Under the pieces are notes generated by a model, which worked only from the letters and a program-made list of their open reading frames with translations, made no database searches and had not been told where the DNA came from. Position numbers and translations under genes: made by a program. Positions 18,154 through 27,075 of a stretch of DNA of 40,116 nt are shown here, in pieces. Location: NCBI GenBank assembly GCA_964547605.1, contig CAZJOL010000002.1, positions 1 through 40,116 on the forward strand, read 5' to 3'. Position 1 is the first letter of the stretch. Each line of letters begins with the position of its first letter. The stretch is from an uncultured Bacteroidaceae bacterium (GTDB lineage: Bacteria; Bacteroidota; Bacteroidia; Bacteroidales; DTU049).

Positions 18154-18714
18154 ATGACTATGGAAGGCAAAATCTACACTAAGAAAGGCGACAGCGGCAC
18201 CACCTCGCTGATTGGCGGAAAGATTGTTCCGAAATCCTGCATCCGCGTTGAGTCCTACGGAATGGTGGATGAGCTGAATTCTTTCACCGGTTGTCTGTAC
18301 GAAAAAGTGGAAGCCGGCGACGCCCGGAGTTTTCTTTTCGAAGTAATGAACCGCTTGTTTCTTATTGAGTCGCATCTGGCTGTTGATCCGGATGCCGGCA
18401 CTGCAAAATATTTTCCCGATTTGTTGCCTTCCGACACCGAAGCTATTGAAAAGGAAATTGACCGCCTCACTGCTGCATTGCCGCCGCTGACCAATTTCAT
18501 TCTGCCGGCGGGCTGCGAGAAAGCTGCCATGGCGCATGTATGCCGCACTGTGTGCCGCAGAACGGAGCGCACCATTTTGCGTTTGTGTGAAACAGAACCG
18601 GTCCATCCGGAAATTCTGAAATACATCAACCGGCTGAGCGATTATTTCTTTGTGCTGGCACGGAGTCTTGCGCATTCATGCGGCAGTGGCGATGTGGTGT
18701 GGGATGTGAAATAA
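18154..18714 (+). CDS. ATP:cob(I)alamin adenosyltransferase, PduO type
   Basis: N-terminal IYTKKGDSGTTSL hallmark. ..FILP.G...A..HV.RTVCRR.ER.. and ..YINRLSDYFFVLAR. Confidence 0.9.
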   Translation: MTMEGKIYTKKGDSGTTSLIGGKIVPKSCIRVESYGMVDELNSFTGCLYEKVEAGDARSFLFEVMNRLFLIESHLAVDPDAGTAKYFPDLLPSDTEAIEKEIDRLTAALPPLTNFILPAGCEKAAMAHVCRTVCRRTERTILRLCETEPVHPEILKYINRLSDYFFVLARSLAHSCGSGDVVWDVK

Positions 18715-18782
18715 TTTTTTATTGACCACTGCGGGTGCGCGTCTCATGACGCGTGACTTAAACAATTTAAATTTCGTGCAAT

Positions 18783-18804
18783 AAAAAAGAGGCCGTAGCC
18801 TCTT
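18783..18804 (-). terminator. Rho-independent terminator for the minus-strand BlaR1/TonB gene
   Basis: GAGGC-cgta-GCCTC stem flanked by AAAAAA on the plus strand, so the minus-strand transcript carries a U-tract after the hairpin. Lies 25 nt beyond the stop at 18829. Confidence 0.6.
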
Positions 18805-18828
18805 GTTGATCATATTTAACCAAGCCGT

Positions 18829-20079
18829 TTACTGAAGCTTGAATTTCACTGGCAGCGTCATACTGACGGCCACCGGTTTTCCTTTGTTTTCTGCGGGTTT
18901 CCAGTCGGGCATCATTTTCACTACGCGCACAGCTTCGGCATCGAGATCGGGCGAAACGGATTCCTGAACTTTTACATTTGTCACTTTGCCGCTGCTGCTG
19001 ACTTCGAAGCTGACATATACGGTGCCCTGGATTCCTTTGGTTTTGGCAGTTTCGGGGTATTTAATGTTTTTCACCATGAATGCTGACATGGCTTCGTTGC
19101 CGCCCGGGTATTCAGGCATAACTTCGGCGGTCTCGAAAACCTCTCCGGAAGCCGTTTCGGTTGAAGTCTGATTCTGGGGATCTGCAACTTCGGTTGAAGC
19201 GGAATCCTTTCCTGATTTTTCATCGCTTCCGCTTTTCGATCCGCAGGCGGTGAACCAGAGGGCACCAACAGCAAGCATCAGTGCGGGAATTAGCCTGACG
19301 GCAGATTTTCTGAACTTTTTGGTTTGTTTCATCATAATGATTCGGGTTTTAATGAATGAAGGTCTGAGCTGACTTACAGGCAAACCGGGATAATGTCCCA
19401 CAGCTGCCGAAAGAAGTATCTGCTGGTATTGAACCATGTCGGTTCCTTTATCAATGACTGCGCGATCGGCCTGAAATTCATGGATGCTGCGGAGTTCTTT
19501 CGAAAGCAGCCAGTATAGCGGATTTATCCAAAACAGAATTGAAAAGATTCCCGACAAAACCAGGTCGGCCGAATGATAAAGACGTGCATGCTGTTCCTCG
19601 TGCAGGCTTATTGCCGTGAACATCTGATTCTGTGGAATGAAGATCATGTTGAAGAATGAAAATGCCTGCTCGTTTTCAGGCAGAAAATAATACCTGAATT
19701 GTCCGGCCCGGAAACACTTGTGTTTACTTGTGTAGCGGCCAATACGAAGAAGTCCAGTGGCAAATCTGATCAGTGCTGCGCCTGAAAGGATGAAGAAAAG
19801 TGTTGTCAGAAATCCGCTTAAATTGAATCCTGAACCTGCATTATCAGTGGCGGTCGGAGAAATCGAAACGGGTTGTAATGTGATTGTCGGTAACACAGTA
19901 TTTGTCTGGTCTGGCAGCAAGTTTCCGGCCAGGGGAGCCAATGCCGCAATCACCATAAACGAAACAACCCAAAGGCGTGCGATTTTAAACGGTACCCTGT
20001 TTCGCAGAATCAGAAAATAAATCAACCCGCTGAAGGCCAGCATGAGGTTCGCCTGAATGATATATAATGCGGTGTTCAT
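18829..20079 (-). CDS. BlaR1-like M56 metallopeptidase sensor fused to a TonB C-terminal domain
   Basis: N-terminal multi-TM region. HEXXH zinc motif in SLHEEQHARLYH. Extra TM (LIPALMLAVGALWF), low-complexity linker. C-terminal EVMPEYPGGNEAM..F...I.YP..A...GIQGTVYVSFEV...G.V TonB_C fold. Confidence 0.85.
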   Translation of the reverse strand: MNTALYIIQANLMLAFSGLIYFLILRNRVPFKIARLWVVSFMVIAALAPLAGNLLPDQTNTVLPTITLQPVSISPTATDNAGSGFNLSGFLTTLFFILSGAALIRFATGLLRIGRYTSKHKCFRAGQFRYYFLPENEQAFSFFNMIFIPQNQMFTAISLHEEQHARLYHSADLVLSGIFSILFWINPLYWLLSKELRSIHEFQADRAVIDKGTDMVQYQQILLSAAVGHYPGLPVSQLRPSFIKTRIIMMKQTKKFRKSAVRLIPALMLAVGALWFTACGSKSGSDEKSGKDSASTEVADPQNQTSTETASGEVFETAEVMPEYPGGNEAMSAFMVKNIKYPETAKTKGIQGTVYVSFEVSSSGKVTNVKVQESVSPDLDAEAVRVVKMMPDWKPAENKGKPVAVSMTLPVKFKLQ

Positions 20080-20456
20080 GACTTCTTTTGTTTTTTGACC
20101 TCGTCGTTTATCAGCTGCTGGATTTCTTCGAGCTCAGAAATGCTCAGGTTCTTTTTTGAAGTAAAGAATGAGACAAGATTACTCAGTGAATTGTCGAAGT
20201 GGCGCTTTACCAGGTTGTTTGCGCAGTTTTCGGTGTATTGTTCACGGCTGAGTAAAGGATAATATGAATGTGTATTTCCATAGGCCTTGTGAGCGACAAT
20301 CCCTTTTTTCTCCAGAATGCGGATGATGGTGGAAACGGTTGTGTAGGCCGGTTTCGGCTCCGGCATCTTTTCAATTATGTCTTTTACAAAGGCTTCGCCG
20401 AGATCCCACAGAAATTCCATAATCTGTTCTTCGGCACGGGTGAGTTCTTTTTCCAT
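20076..20456 (-). CDS. BlaI/MecI/CopY-family winged-helix transcriptional repressor
   Basis: 126 aa. LTRAEEQIMEFLW..GEAFVKDII..MPEPKPAYTTVSTIIRILEKKGIV. 4-nt ATGA overlap with the downstream M56 sensor gene. Confidence 0.9.
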   Translation of the reverse strand: MEKELTRAEEQIMEFLWDLGEAFVKDIIEKMPEPKPAYTTVSTIIRILEKKGIVAHKAYGNTHSYYPLLSREQYTENCANNLVKRHFDNSLSNLVSFFTSKKNLSISELEEIQQLINDEVKKQKKS

Positions 20457-20476
20457 GATCAGGATGTTTAGCAGAA

Positions 20477-20484
20477 CAAAGGTA
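20477..20484 (-). promoter_or_regulatory. Bacteroidota -7 promoter box for the blaI-like operon (minus-strand TACCTTTG)
   Basis: Plus-strand CAAAGGTA is minus-strand TACCTTTG, an exact TAnnTTTG match, with 20 nt between the box and the ATG (20456). Confidence 0.45.
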
Positions 20485-20498
20485 ACTAAAGAATTAGT
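20485..20498. promoter_or_regulatory. Candidate BlaI-type operator dyad ACTAA-AGAA-TTAGT
   Basis: 5+5 inverted repeat directly abutting the -7 box. Related half-sites TTAGTTAGT recur at 20514-20522. Confidence 0.3.
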
Positions 20499-20643
20499 AG
20501 ATCAACTATGTGGTTAGTTAGTGGTAGTGTTTCGTCAGTTTTCGGTAAGTCTTCAGCGGTTTGGGAAAAATTTGTCAAAACATTTTAAAACCGGATGCAG
20601 AGATTTTTGTACTTTTATGCAATAAAAAATGGCAGGTAAAAAC

Positions 20644-20651
20644 TAATTTTG
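20644..20651 (+). promoter_or_regulatory. Bacteroidota -7 promoter box TAATTTTG for the PorV-like/PorU-like operon
   Basis: Exact TAnnTTTG match, with 25 nt before the ATG at 20677 and 43 nt before the ATG at 20695. Confidence 0.4.
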
Positions 20652-20694
20652 ACTTTTCGCCGTTACTTCACTCAAAATGCAGTACACAGCCAAT

Positions 20695-21795
20695 ATGAGA
20701 AAAATATTTGCAATTATAGTTTCGGTTTTGCTTTCGGGTATTTCCCTGGCTCAGGCACCCAAGTACTCGAATGAATTTCTTGCCATCGGTGTTGGCGGGC
20801 GGGCTTTGGGCATGTCGAATTCAGTGGTCGCTTCTGTCGGAGATGCATCGGCGGGTTACTGGAATCCGGCCGGGCTGGTCGATTGCGAAGCCCCGCGTCA
20901 GCTTTTTCTGATGCATTCGGAGTATTTTGCAGGCATAGCCAAATACGACAATATTTCGCTGGCAGCGGTCACGAGCGATTCTTCGGCGCTTGCTTTTTCG
21001 TTCATCCGCTTCGGAGTTGATGATATCCCCAATACCACAGAGCTGATCGATGCCCAGGGAAATATAGACTATGACCGGATTACGACATTCAGCGCCATTG
21101 ACAATGCTTTTATCGTGAGTTATTCACGCAAACTGCCCATCAAAAACCTGCAGGTCGGAGGAAATGTAAAAATCATCCGCCGTACAGTGGGCGATTTTGG
21201 CGGCAGCTGGGGCTTTGGCATTGATGCTGGTGCCCAGTACAGAAAAGACAACTGGCGTTTCGGTGCAGTATTGCGCGACGTCACATCAACATTCAATGCC
21301 TGGTCTTTTACACTCGATGATGCAACCCGCGAAGTGTTTACGCTCACCGGAAACGAAATCCCCGAAAACAGTCTGGAGCTCACCATGCCTCGATTGCTGC
21401 TGGGTGCGGGAAGAAAATTTGAAATATCGAACAGTTTTTCCATTTATCCCGAAGCCGGCATGGACATTACGTTTGATGGGAAGAGAAATGTTCTTCTGAA
21501 AACCGGTTTTGCCAGTGCCGACCTGCATGCAGGATTTGAAGTGAATTACAAAAATGTGGCTTATCTGCGCGGAGGATTTGGCAATATTCAGCAGGAAACC
21601 AATTTTGACGGTAAAAAAGTAACCACGGTGCAGCCCAATATGGGTGTGGGAATCCGCATAAAAGACATCATGAGCATTGACTATGCGCTGACCGATCTGG
21701 GCGATGTGAGTGTTGCTCTGTATTCGCATGTATTTTCACTTGTTTTCAATATCAGGCCGAAAGGCACAGGGACCAGTATTAATCCAAGCATCTGA
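20695..21795 (+). CDS. PorV/PorQ-family T9SS-associated outer-membrane beta-barrel protein
   Basis: Signal peptide MRKIFAIIVSVLLSGISLAQA; the longer ORF start at 20677 is an alternative. Family motif LAIGVGGRALGMSNSVVASVGDASAGYWNPAGL. Alternating beta-strand pattern to the C-terminus. Stop is 3 nt before the PorU-like gene. Confidence 0.75.
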   Translation: MRKIFAIIVSVLLSGISLAQAPKYSNEFLAIGVGGRALGMSNSVVASVGDASAGYWNPAGLVDCEAPRQLFLMHSEYFAGIAKYDNISLAAVTSDSSALAFSFIRFGVDDIPNTTELIDAQGNIDYDRITTFSAIDNAFIVSYSRKLPIKNLQVGGNVKIIRRTVGDFGGSWGFGIDAGAQYRKDNWRFGAVLRDVTSTFNAWSFTLDDATREVFTLTGNEIPENSLELTMPRLLLGAGRKFEISNSFSIYPEAGMDITFDGKRNVLLKTGFASADLHAGFEVNYKNVAYLRGGFGNIQQETNFDGKKVTTVQPNMGVGIRIKDIMSIDYALTDLGDVSVALYSHVFSLVFNIRPKGTGTSINPSI

Positions 21796-21798
21796 TGA

Positions 21799-24700
21799 AT
21801 GAATAAACATATACTGATTATTTTCCTATTATGTATTGGTTGCGGTAATACTGTGCTGGCGCAGAATTACGGCAATGAATGGATCAATTATTCGCAGCCC
21901 TATTATAAAATAAAAGTAGCGCAGGACGGCATCTACCGGATCTCATATTCAACCCTGGCTTCATCCGGAATTCCGCTTGCAACCTTCGACCCGAGACAGA
22001 TTCAGATTTTCGCCAATGGCGTTGAACAATACATTTATGTGCATGGCGAAAATGATGGTTTTTTCAATTCAGGTGACTATATAGAATTCTATGGAAAGCG
22101 CAATCGTGGCGACTTTGATGCAGGTGTATATGACAACCCGGCCGATATACCAAATCCTGATTACAGTTTGTTCAACGATACGACGGTTTATTTTCTGACA
22201 TGGAATGCTTCGATTACAAACCGGCGAGTAAGCATTGAAACAGACCGGAATTTTTCGGGTTACACCAGCGAGAACTACGTATGGTTCAATTCAAGAACTA
22301 ATTACACATCGCGTTATTTCAATGGCAAAACGGATTTGAATGGCATTACGGATCCACGCTACACCGATAGTGAAGGATGGTTCGACTCTGGATTTGATGT
22401 TAATGCATCTACATCCTACATGCGTAGTATCCCAACTCCGTCGGTCTATTCATCAGGTCCTGCTGCTGATATTGACTTACTGTTGGTTGGCGCATCGGAT
22501 TACGCAAACACCAATCCCTATCCAGATCATCATATGGTGATGAATTTTGCCGGAATTAATGTGGACACTGTCTTTGAAGGTTATGTGCCTATCAGGATTC
22601 TGAAAAGCAGACCTGCCAGTTCACTGACAACCGGAGCTACAGTATTCAGCTTTACGTTGCCCAATGATCTGGGCAGTGCTGTGGATTTTACAACATTGAG
22701 CTATATCAACATTCGTTATCCGCGACAATTGAATCTGAACTCATCGGGTTCCATGCTTTTTGAATCGAACGATGGGGCGGGAGCAAAAACGTATTTTGCA
22801 TTTATCGGGCTTACAGCGCCAACAACGGATACGGTCGTTGTTCATGATTTGACGAATCATCGCCGGATTCTGACATCACGTGCAGGTGCCAGTGTAAATT
22901 TTCTGGTACCGAACAGTGGAAGTACAAAACAATTATATCTTGCTTCGGAAAGCAATGTGTTGTCTGTTGCATCCCTTAAACCGGTTAACAGCAGCGGCAC
23001 TTCGGGATACTTTATTAATTATGGTGATGCAGCGTATTCCGGCACCGATTACCTGATTGTAACGCATCGCTCGTTGCTAAGCAAAGCCAATGAATATGGG
23101 GCATACAGATCGACCACCGGTTATACTCCGGTTGTAGCTGATGCTGATTTATTATATGATGAATTTGCCTACGGCATTAATAAACACCCGCTTGGAATAA
23201 CGAATTTTACTCGTTTTGCGCGTACTTATTTTACCGACACCATTCATGGATTGTTCCTTATTGGAAAAGGATACCGCGCAGGCGACACCCAGTACAATTA
23301 CCGGAAAAGCGCCACATATAATGGCTTGACGCTTGTGCCTTCATTCGGTAATCCGCCTTCGGATAACCTTTTTACTTCTCAGCTTGAAGACAATAACTAT
23401 GCTCCGGCAATTCCGACCGGCCGGCTCGCAGCCCGCAATTCCACTGCTGTTGGATGGTATCTCGAAAAAATGCAGGATTTTGAAACGGAGCAGAATCAAC
23501 CCTACAATCCCGCCGATCCCTTTGCCAATCAATGGATGAAGCGGGTGTTGCATTTTGCCGGTGGTTCCGATTACGGTCAGATGCTGACATTGCTGAATTA
23601 TCTGAACCATTACCGCGACATGCTTCAGGCGCCTTATTTCGGAGCCGATGTCAAGACATTTTCAAAGTCATCAACTGTTCCGATTCAACAAAATCAAAGC
23701 GACAGCCTGAAAGATCTGATCAATGATGGTGTGGCCATTCTGAATTTCTTCGGTCATGCCGCCGGAATCGGCTTTGACATCAGTATTGATAATCCGCAGG
23801 ATTACAGCAATTACAAACGGTATCCGTTTCTGATTGCCAATTCATGTTTTGCCGGTGATCTTTATCAACCGACCAACAGCTCAGCTGAAGAATTTGTGTT
23901 GATTGAAAACAAAGGCACCATCGGATATCTGGGCTCAATAACAAAATCACTCATGACTTCGCTTGACAGCTACAGCTCTGAGCTGATAAGAAGAATTTCG
24001 AAGCAGGACTACAATAAGCCCATCGGTTACATAATAATGGAAACGGTGAAAACGCTTCAGAGTTATACGACATCGTCCTATATCCGTGATGTATGTCTTG
24101 AAATGACTTTGCACGGAGATCCAGTATTGCGAATTGGCGGGCAACCACAACCAGATCTGATGCTGACAACGGGGAGTATTTATTTCAACCCATCCAATGT
24201 CACAAGTGATCTCGATTCCTTCACCGTAAATGTGATTGCACATAATGTCGGAATGGCTGTATCAGATTCTGTCATTCTTGAGCTGACAAGAATTTTTCCT
24301 GACAATACCACAGAAGTATTTTCCAAAATGATCAGATGTCCGGCCTTCTCCGACACGATTCCATTTACGCTTCCGGTGAGCCCGCTGAATGGTGTTGGTT
24401 TGAATTCCTTCTCGGCTATGGTCGATGCTTTTGACGCACTGTCGGAAGCAAATGAAACAAACAATTCAACAAATACAACACTGTTCATAATTTCGAACGA
24501 TGTTAATCCTGTGTATCCATACGAGTTTGAAGTATTGCCCGATACTTTTGTGACGCTGGTTGCCAGCACTGGTTATGCCATGGCGTCAACAGGAACTTAC
24601 ATATTTCAGATTGATACGACTGATTCTTTCGACAGTCCTTTTCTGGTTCAGAGCAATCCGATAACGCAAAGCGGAGGCATAATCGAATGGACGTTGCCGT

Positions 24701-26856
24701 TCAGCATGCTGTCAATGCCAGACTCCACGGTATATTTCTGGCGTGTGGGTTCGACCAGCAACAACAACTGGCGTGAAAGTTCATTTCAATATATCGCTGG
24801 AAAACGTGGATGGGGGCAGGCGCATTTCTTTCAGTTCAAGAAAGATAACTTCAATTATGTTTCGTATAACAAGCCATCCAGAAAACTTGAATTCATAAAC
24901 ACCATCGTCAATATTCAGGCGCAGACAGGTTATTATCCGTATATTCTTTGGTCAGAAGAATGGTATAAAATCAATAACATACTTAAAGGGCAATGGTCGT
25001 GCACCAATTACAATGGTGACGGGATGAAGTTTGCGATTTTCGATACACTCAGTATTTCTCCCATGGCCAATACTGATCCCGATCTGAACGGGCTCGGACC
25101 TTTTGATGCACTGAACTGCCGTTCATATGTATATTATGATTTTGACTTTTTCACATATGGAGAGCCCTGGTACTCGCGGATGTACAACATGATTGACAGT
25201 GTGCCTGATGGGTATTACGTGCTTGGCTTCAGCCACCGGAATCACAATGCGCAGAACTGGCCCGATTCGCTGTACGAAGCTTTTGAAAGCATTGGATCCA
25301 ATGTAATCAGGACACTTCCGAACAATTCACCTTACATAATATTCGGACGCAAGGGTTATCTGAACATGGCCGATGAACGTGTTGGCGCGGGTATTACCAG
25401 CATTATTTCCGGTTCATGGGATGTTACAACAAACTGGAATGAAGGGTATATTGAATCAACCACCATTGGCCCTGCTGCAGAGTGGGGAAGCCTGCACTGG
25501 CGGGTGAAGAGTTTCGAGCCCGGCCTCTGGACTGATACTGTGCGTCTGTCAGTTATTGGAATCAAACAGGATGGTACCGAAGACGTTGTAATTCCTGACC
25601 TTCCGCCCGTTCCGGATTCGCTTGATATTCTGAATCTGAGTTCCCGCATCGATGCTTCGGTTTATCCTTATCTGCGGCTGCATATGAATATGAGTGATGA
25701 CAGTTTGCGCACTTCGGCGCAGCTTGAGCGCTGGCAAGTTTTGTTTGAGCCAGTGCCCGAAACGGCCATTGACCCGGTTTCGTATTTCACTTTTTACGAT
25801 GATACTTTACAGGAAGGTGAAATGGTGAAATTGGCCATTGCCACGAGCAATGTTGGACAGATTGACTTTCCCGACAGTCTTTCCGTGGCCTACTGGCTCA
25901 TTGACAATGACCGGAACATTCATGAAATTGCGTGGAAGAAACTTAGATTACACCCTGTTGGAGATATTCTTGTTGACTCCATTTCATTCTCAACCAAAGG
26001 ATTTGCCGGCAGCAACAGTCTTTGGGTAGAGTTCAATCCTGTTGATTCCACCACCGGGTATTACGACCAACTGGAACAATATCATTTCAACAACATTGCT
26101 GAGATTAAATTTATAGTTGACAAGGATCTCATCAACCCCATGCTGGATGTGACTTTTGATGGTGTCCATATTCTTGACGGAGATATTGTGAGTGCACAGC
26201 CACTGATTGATATAATGCTGAAAGACGAAAATAAATTCCTGCTGCTGGATGATACTTCCGCCTTCAGGATTTATCTGCTGAGGCCAGGCGCCACTGATCT
26301 GGAGAGGGTTTTCTTCACTAAACACGGACAGGAAAACATGCGGTTCTATCCACCTTCAACGACATCGAACAACACGGCCCGCATTGAGTTCCCGGCTGGT
26401 GCATTCCCCGACGGGGTTTACAAATTGGTGGTGCAGGCGCGCGACAAGAGCGGCAATGAGAGCGGAAGCATTGACTATTCCATCAACTTCGAAGTCATCA
26501 ACAAACCCGCCATCACCGATGTTTTGAACTGGCCCAATCCGTTCAGCACCAAAACGCATTTTGTTTTTACACTCACAGGATCGGTAGTTCCGGAATATTT
26601 CAAAATTCAGGTAATGACAGTAACCGGAAAAGTGGTCAGGGAAATTGACAAGTCGGAGCTCGGACCGATTCATATTGGCCGCAACATCACTGAATATGCC
26701 TGGGATGGCCACGATGAATTCGGCGATCAGTTGGCAAACGGGGTTTACCTGTACAGAGTCATTGTAAAACTCGACGGGCAGCAGATGGAGAAAATCGAAA
26801 CTCCGGCAGGTCAATATTTCACCAAGGAGTTTGGGAAGATGATGCTCATCCGCTAG
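21799..26856 (+). CDS. PorU-like C25-family peptidase (putative T9SS sortase paralogue), 1685 aa
   Basis: Signal peptide. N-terminal YYKIKVAQDGIYRISYSTLASSG...DYIEFYG module. C25 core DYLIVTH...LLYDEF..G...FLIGKG, IPTGRLAA, His653 in NFFGHAAG (codon 23755-23757), Cys683 in IANSCFAGD (codon 23845-23847), LHGDP. Two CARDB-like modules (..SEANETNNS.., ..QYHFNNIAE..). C-terminal beta-sandwich NWPNPFS...GVYLYRVIV. Confidence 0.8.
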   Translation: MNKHILIIFLLCIGCGNTVLAQNYGNEWINYSQPYYKIKVAQDGIYRISYSTLASSGIPLATFDPRQIQIFANGVEQYIYVHGENDGFFNSGDYIEFYGKRNRGDFDAGVYDNPADIPNPDYSLFNDTTVYFLTWNASITNRRVSIETDRNFSGYTSENYVWFNSRTNYTSRYFNGKTDLNGITDPRYTDSEGWFDSGFDVNASTSYMRSIPTPSVYSSGPAADIDLLLVGASDYANTNPYPDHHMVMNFAGINVDTVFEGYVPIRILKSRPASSLTTGATVFSFTLPNDLGSAVDFTTLSYINIRYPRQLNLNSSGSMLFESNDGAGAKTYFAFIGLTAPTTDTVVVHDLTNHRRILTSRAGASVNFLVPNSGSTKQLYLASESNVLSVASLKPVNSSGTSGYFINYGDAAYSGTDYLIVTHRSLLSKANEYGAYRSTTGYTPVVADADLLYDEFAYGINKHPLGITNFTRFARTYFTDTIHGLFLIGKGYRAGDTQYNYRKSATYNGLTLVPSFGNPPSDNLFTSQLEDNNYAPAIPTGRLAARNSTAVGWYLEKMQDFETEQNQPYNPADPFANQWMKRVLHFAGGSDYGQMLTLLNYLNHYRDMLQAPYFGADVKTFSKSSTVPIQQNQSDSLKDLINDGVAILNFFGHAAGIGFDISIDNPQDYSNYKRYPFLIANSCFAGDLYQPTNSSAEEFVLIENKGTIGYLGSITKSLMTSLDSYSSELIRRISKQDYNKPIGYIIMETVKTLQSYTTSSYIRDVCLEMTLHGDPVLRIGGQPQPDLMLTTGSIYFNPSNVTSDLDSFTVNVIAHNVGMAVSDSVILELTRIFPDNTTEVFSKMIRCPAFSDTIPFTLPVSPLNGVGLNSFSAMVDAFDALSEANETNNSTNTTLFIISNDVNPVYPYEFEVLPDTFVTLVASTGYAMASTGTYIFQIDTTDSFDSPFLVQSNPITQSGGIIEWTLPFSMLSMPDSTVYFWRVGSTSNNNWRESSFQYIAGKRGWGQAHFFQFKKDNFNYVSYNKPSRKLEFINTIVNIQAQTGYYPYILWSEEWYKINNILKGQWSCTNYNGDGMKFAIFDTLSISPMANTDPDLNGLGPFDALNCRSYVYYDFDFFTYGEPWYSRMYNMIDSVPDGYYVLGFSHRNHNAQNWPDSLYEAFESIGSNVIRTLPNNSPYIIFGRKGYLNMADERVGAGITSIISGSWDVTTNWNEGYIESTTIGPAAEWGSLHWRVKSFEPGLWTDTVRLSVIGIKQDGTEDVVIPDLPPVPDSLDILNLSSRIDASVYPYLRLHMNMSDDSLRTSAQLERWQVLFEPVPETAIDPVSYFTFYDDTLQEGEMVKLAIATSNVGQIDFPDSLSVAYWLIDNDRNIHEIAWKKLRLHPVGDILVDSISFSTKGFAGSNSLWVEFNPVDSTTGYYDQLEQYHFNNIAEIKFIVDKDLINPMLDVTFDGVHILDGDIVSAQPLIDIMLKDENKFLLLDDTSAFRIYLLRPGATDLERVFFTKHGQENMRFYPPSTTSNNTARIEFPAGAFPDGVYKLVVQARDKSGNESGSIDYSINFEVINKPAITDVLNWPNPFSTKTHFVFTLTGSVVPEYFKIQVMTVTGKVVREIDKSELGPIHIGRNITEYAWDGHDEFGDQLANGVYLYRVIVKLDGQQMEKIETPAGQYFTKEFGKMMLIR
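26527..26853 (+). other. C-terminal T9SS CTD-like / FlgD-Ig-like beta-sandwich of the PorU-like protein
   Basis: NWPNPFSTKTHFVFTL...KIQVMTVTGKVVREI...EYAWDGHDEFGDQLANGVYLYRVIVK. Confidence 0.65.
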
Positions 26857-27075
26857 GCGCAACGCTTTGCTAGTTGAAAGTTCATCAGGTTCATAAAGTT
26901 GAACGGTGACTTAAGGGCCGACTGAGCTGTAACGATTGTTACGTGTAACGAACGCACAAACTAAAACAATAGAATAAGCATACATTATATTATAACCAAT
27001 AAGGCCAACGCTGCAATTAATTCACTCTCAAAAAAATATTTTCCTTAAAGTGTTGGTTAATTGAAATAAACTATC

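Noticed and set aside
18109-18675. 188-aa minus-strand ORF opposite the PduO-type adenosyltransferase gene.
   Set aside because: The plus-strand product has the diagnostic IYTKKGDSGTTSL motif. The minus-strand ORF is a shadow ORF.
17411-18714. ABC ATPase with no adjacent permease, followed 8 nt later by a PduO-type adenosyltransferase; considered as a cobalamin-related transport system.
   Set aside because: The ATPase is of the MacB/LolD type, not the BtuD type. Orphan ATPase genes of this kind are common in Bacteroidota. No cobalamin riboswitch-like leader or btu genes are present. The adjacency alone is insufficient.
26356-26862. 168-aa minus-strand ORF opposite the 3' end of the PorU-like gene.
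   Set aside because: The plus strand encodes a recognisable CTD-like beta-sandwich continuous with the 1685-aa ORF. The antisense product has no independent support.
26929-26950. GTAACG-att-GTTACG-t-GTAACG short inverted/direct repeats, plus AGTTGAA/GTTCAT word repeats at 26872-26906, downstream of the PorU-like gene.
   Set aside because: The stems are only 5 bp with no U-tract. There are too few and too short copies for a CRISPR, REP or MITE call. The region may be a weak terminator or chance repeats in AT-rich spacer.
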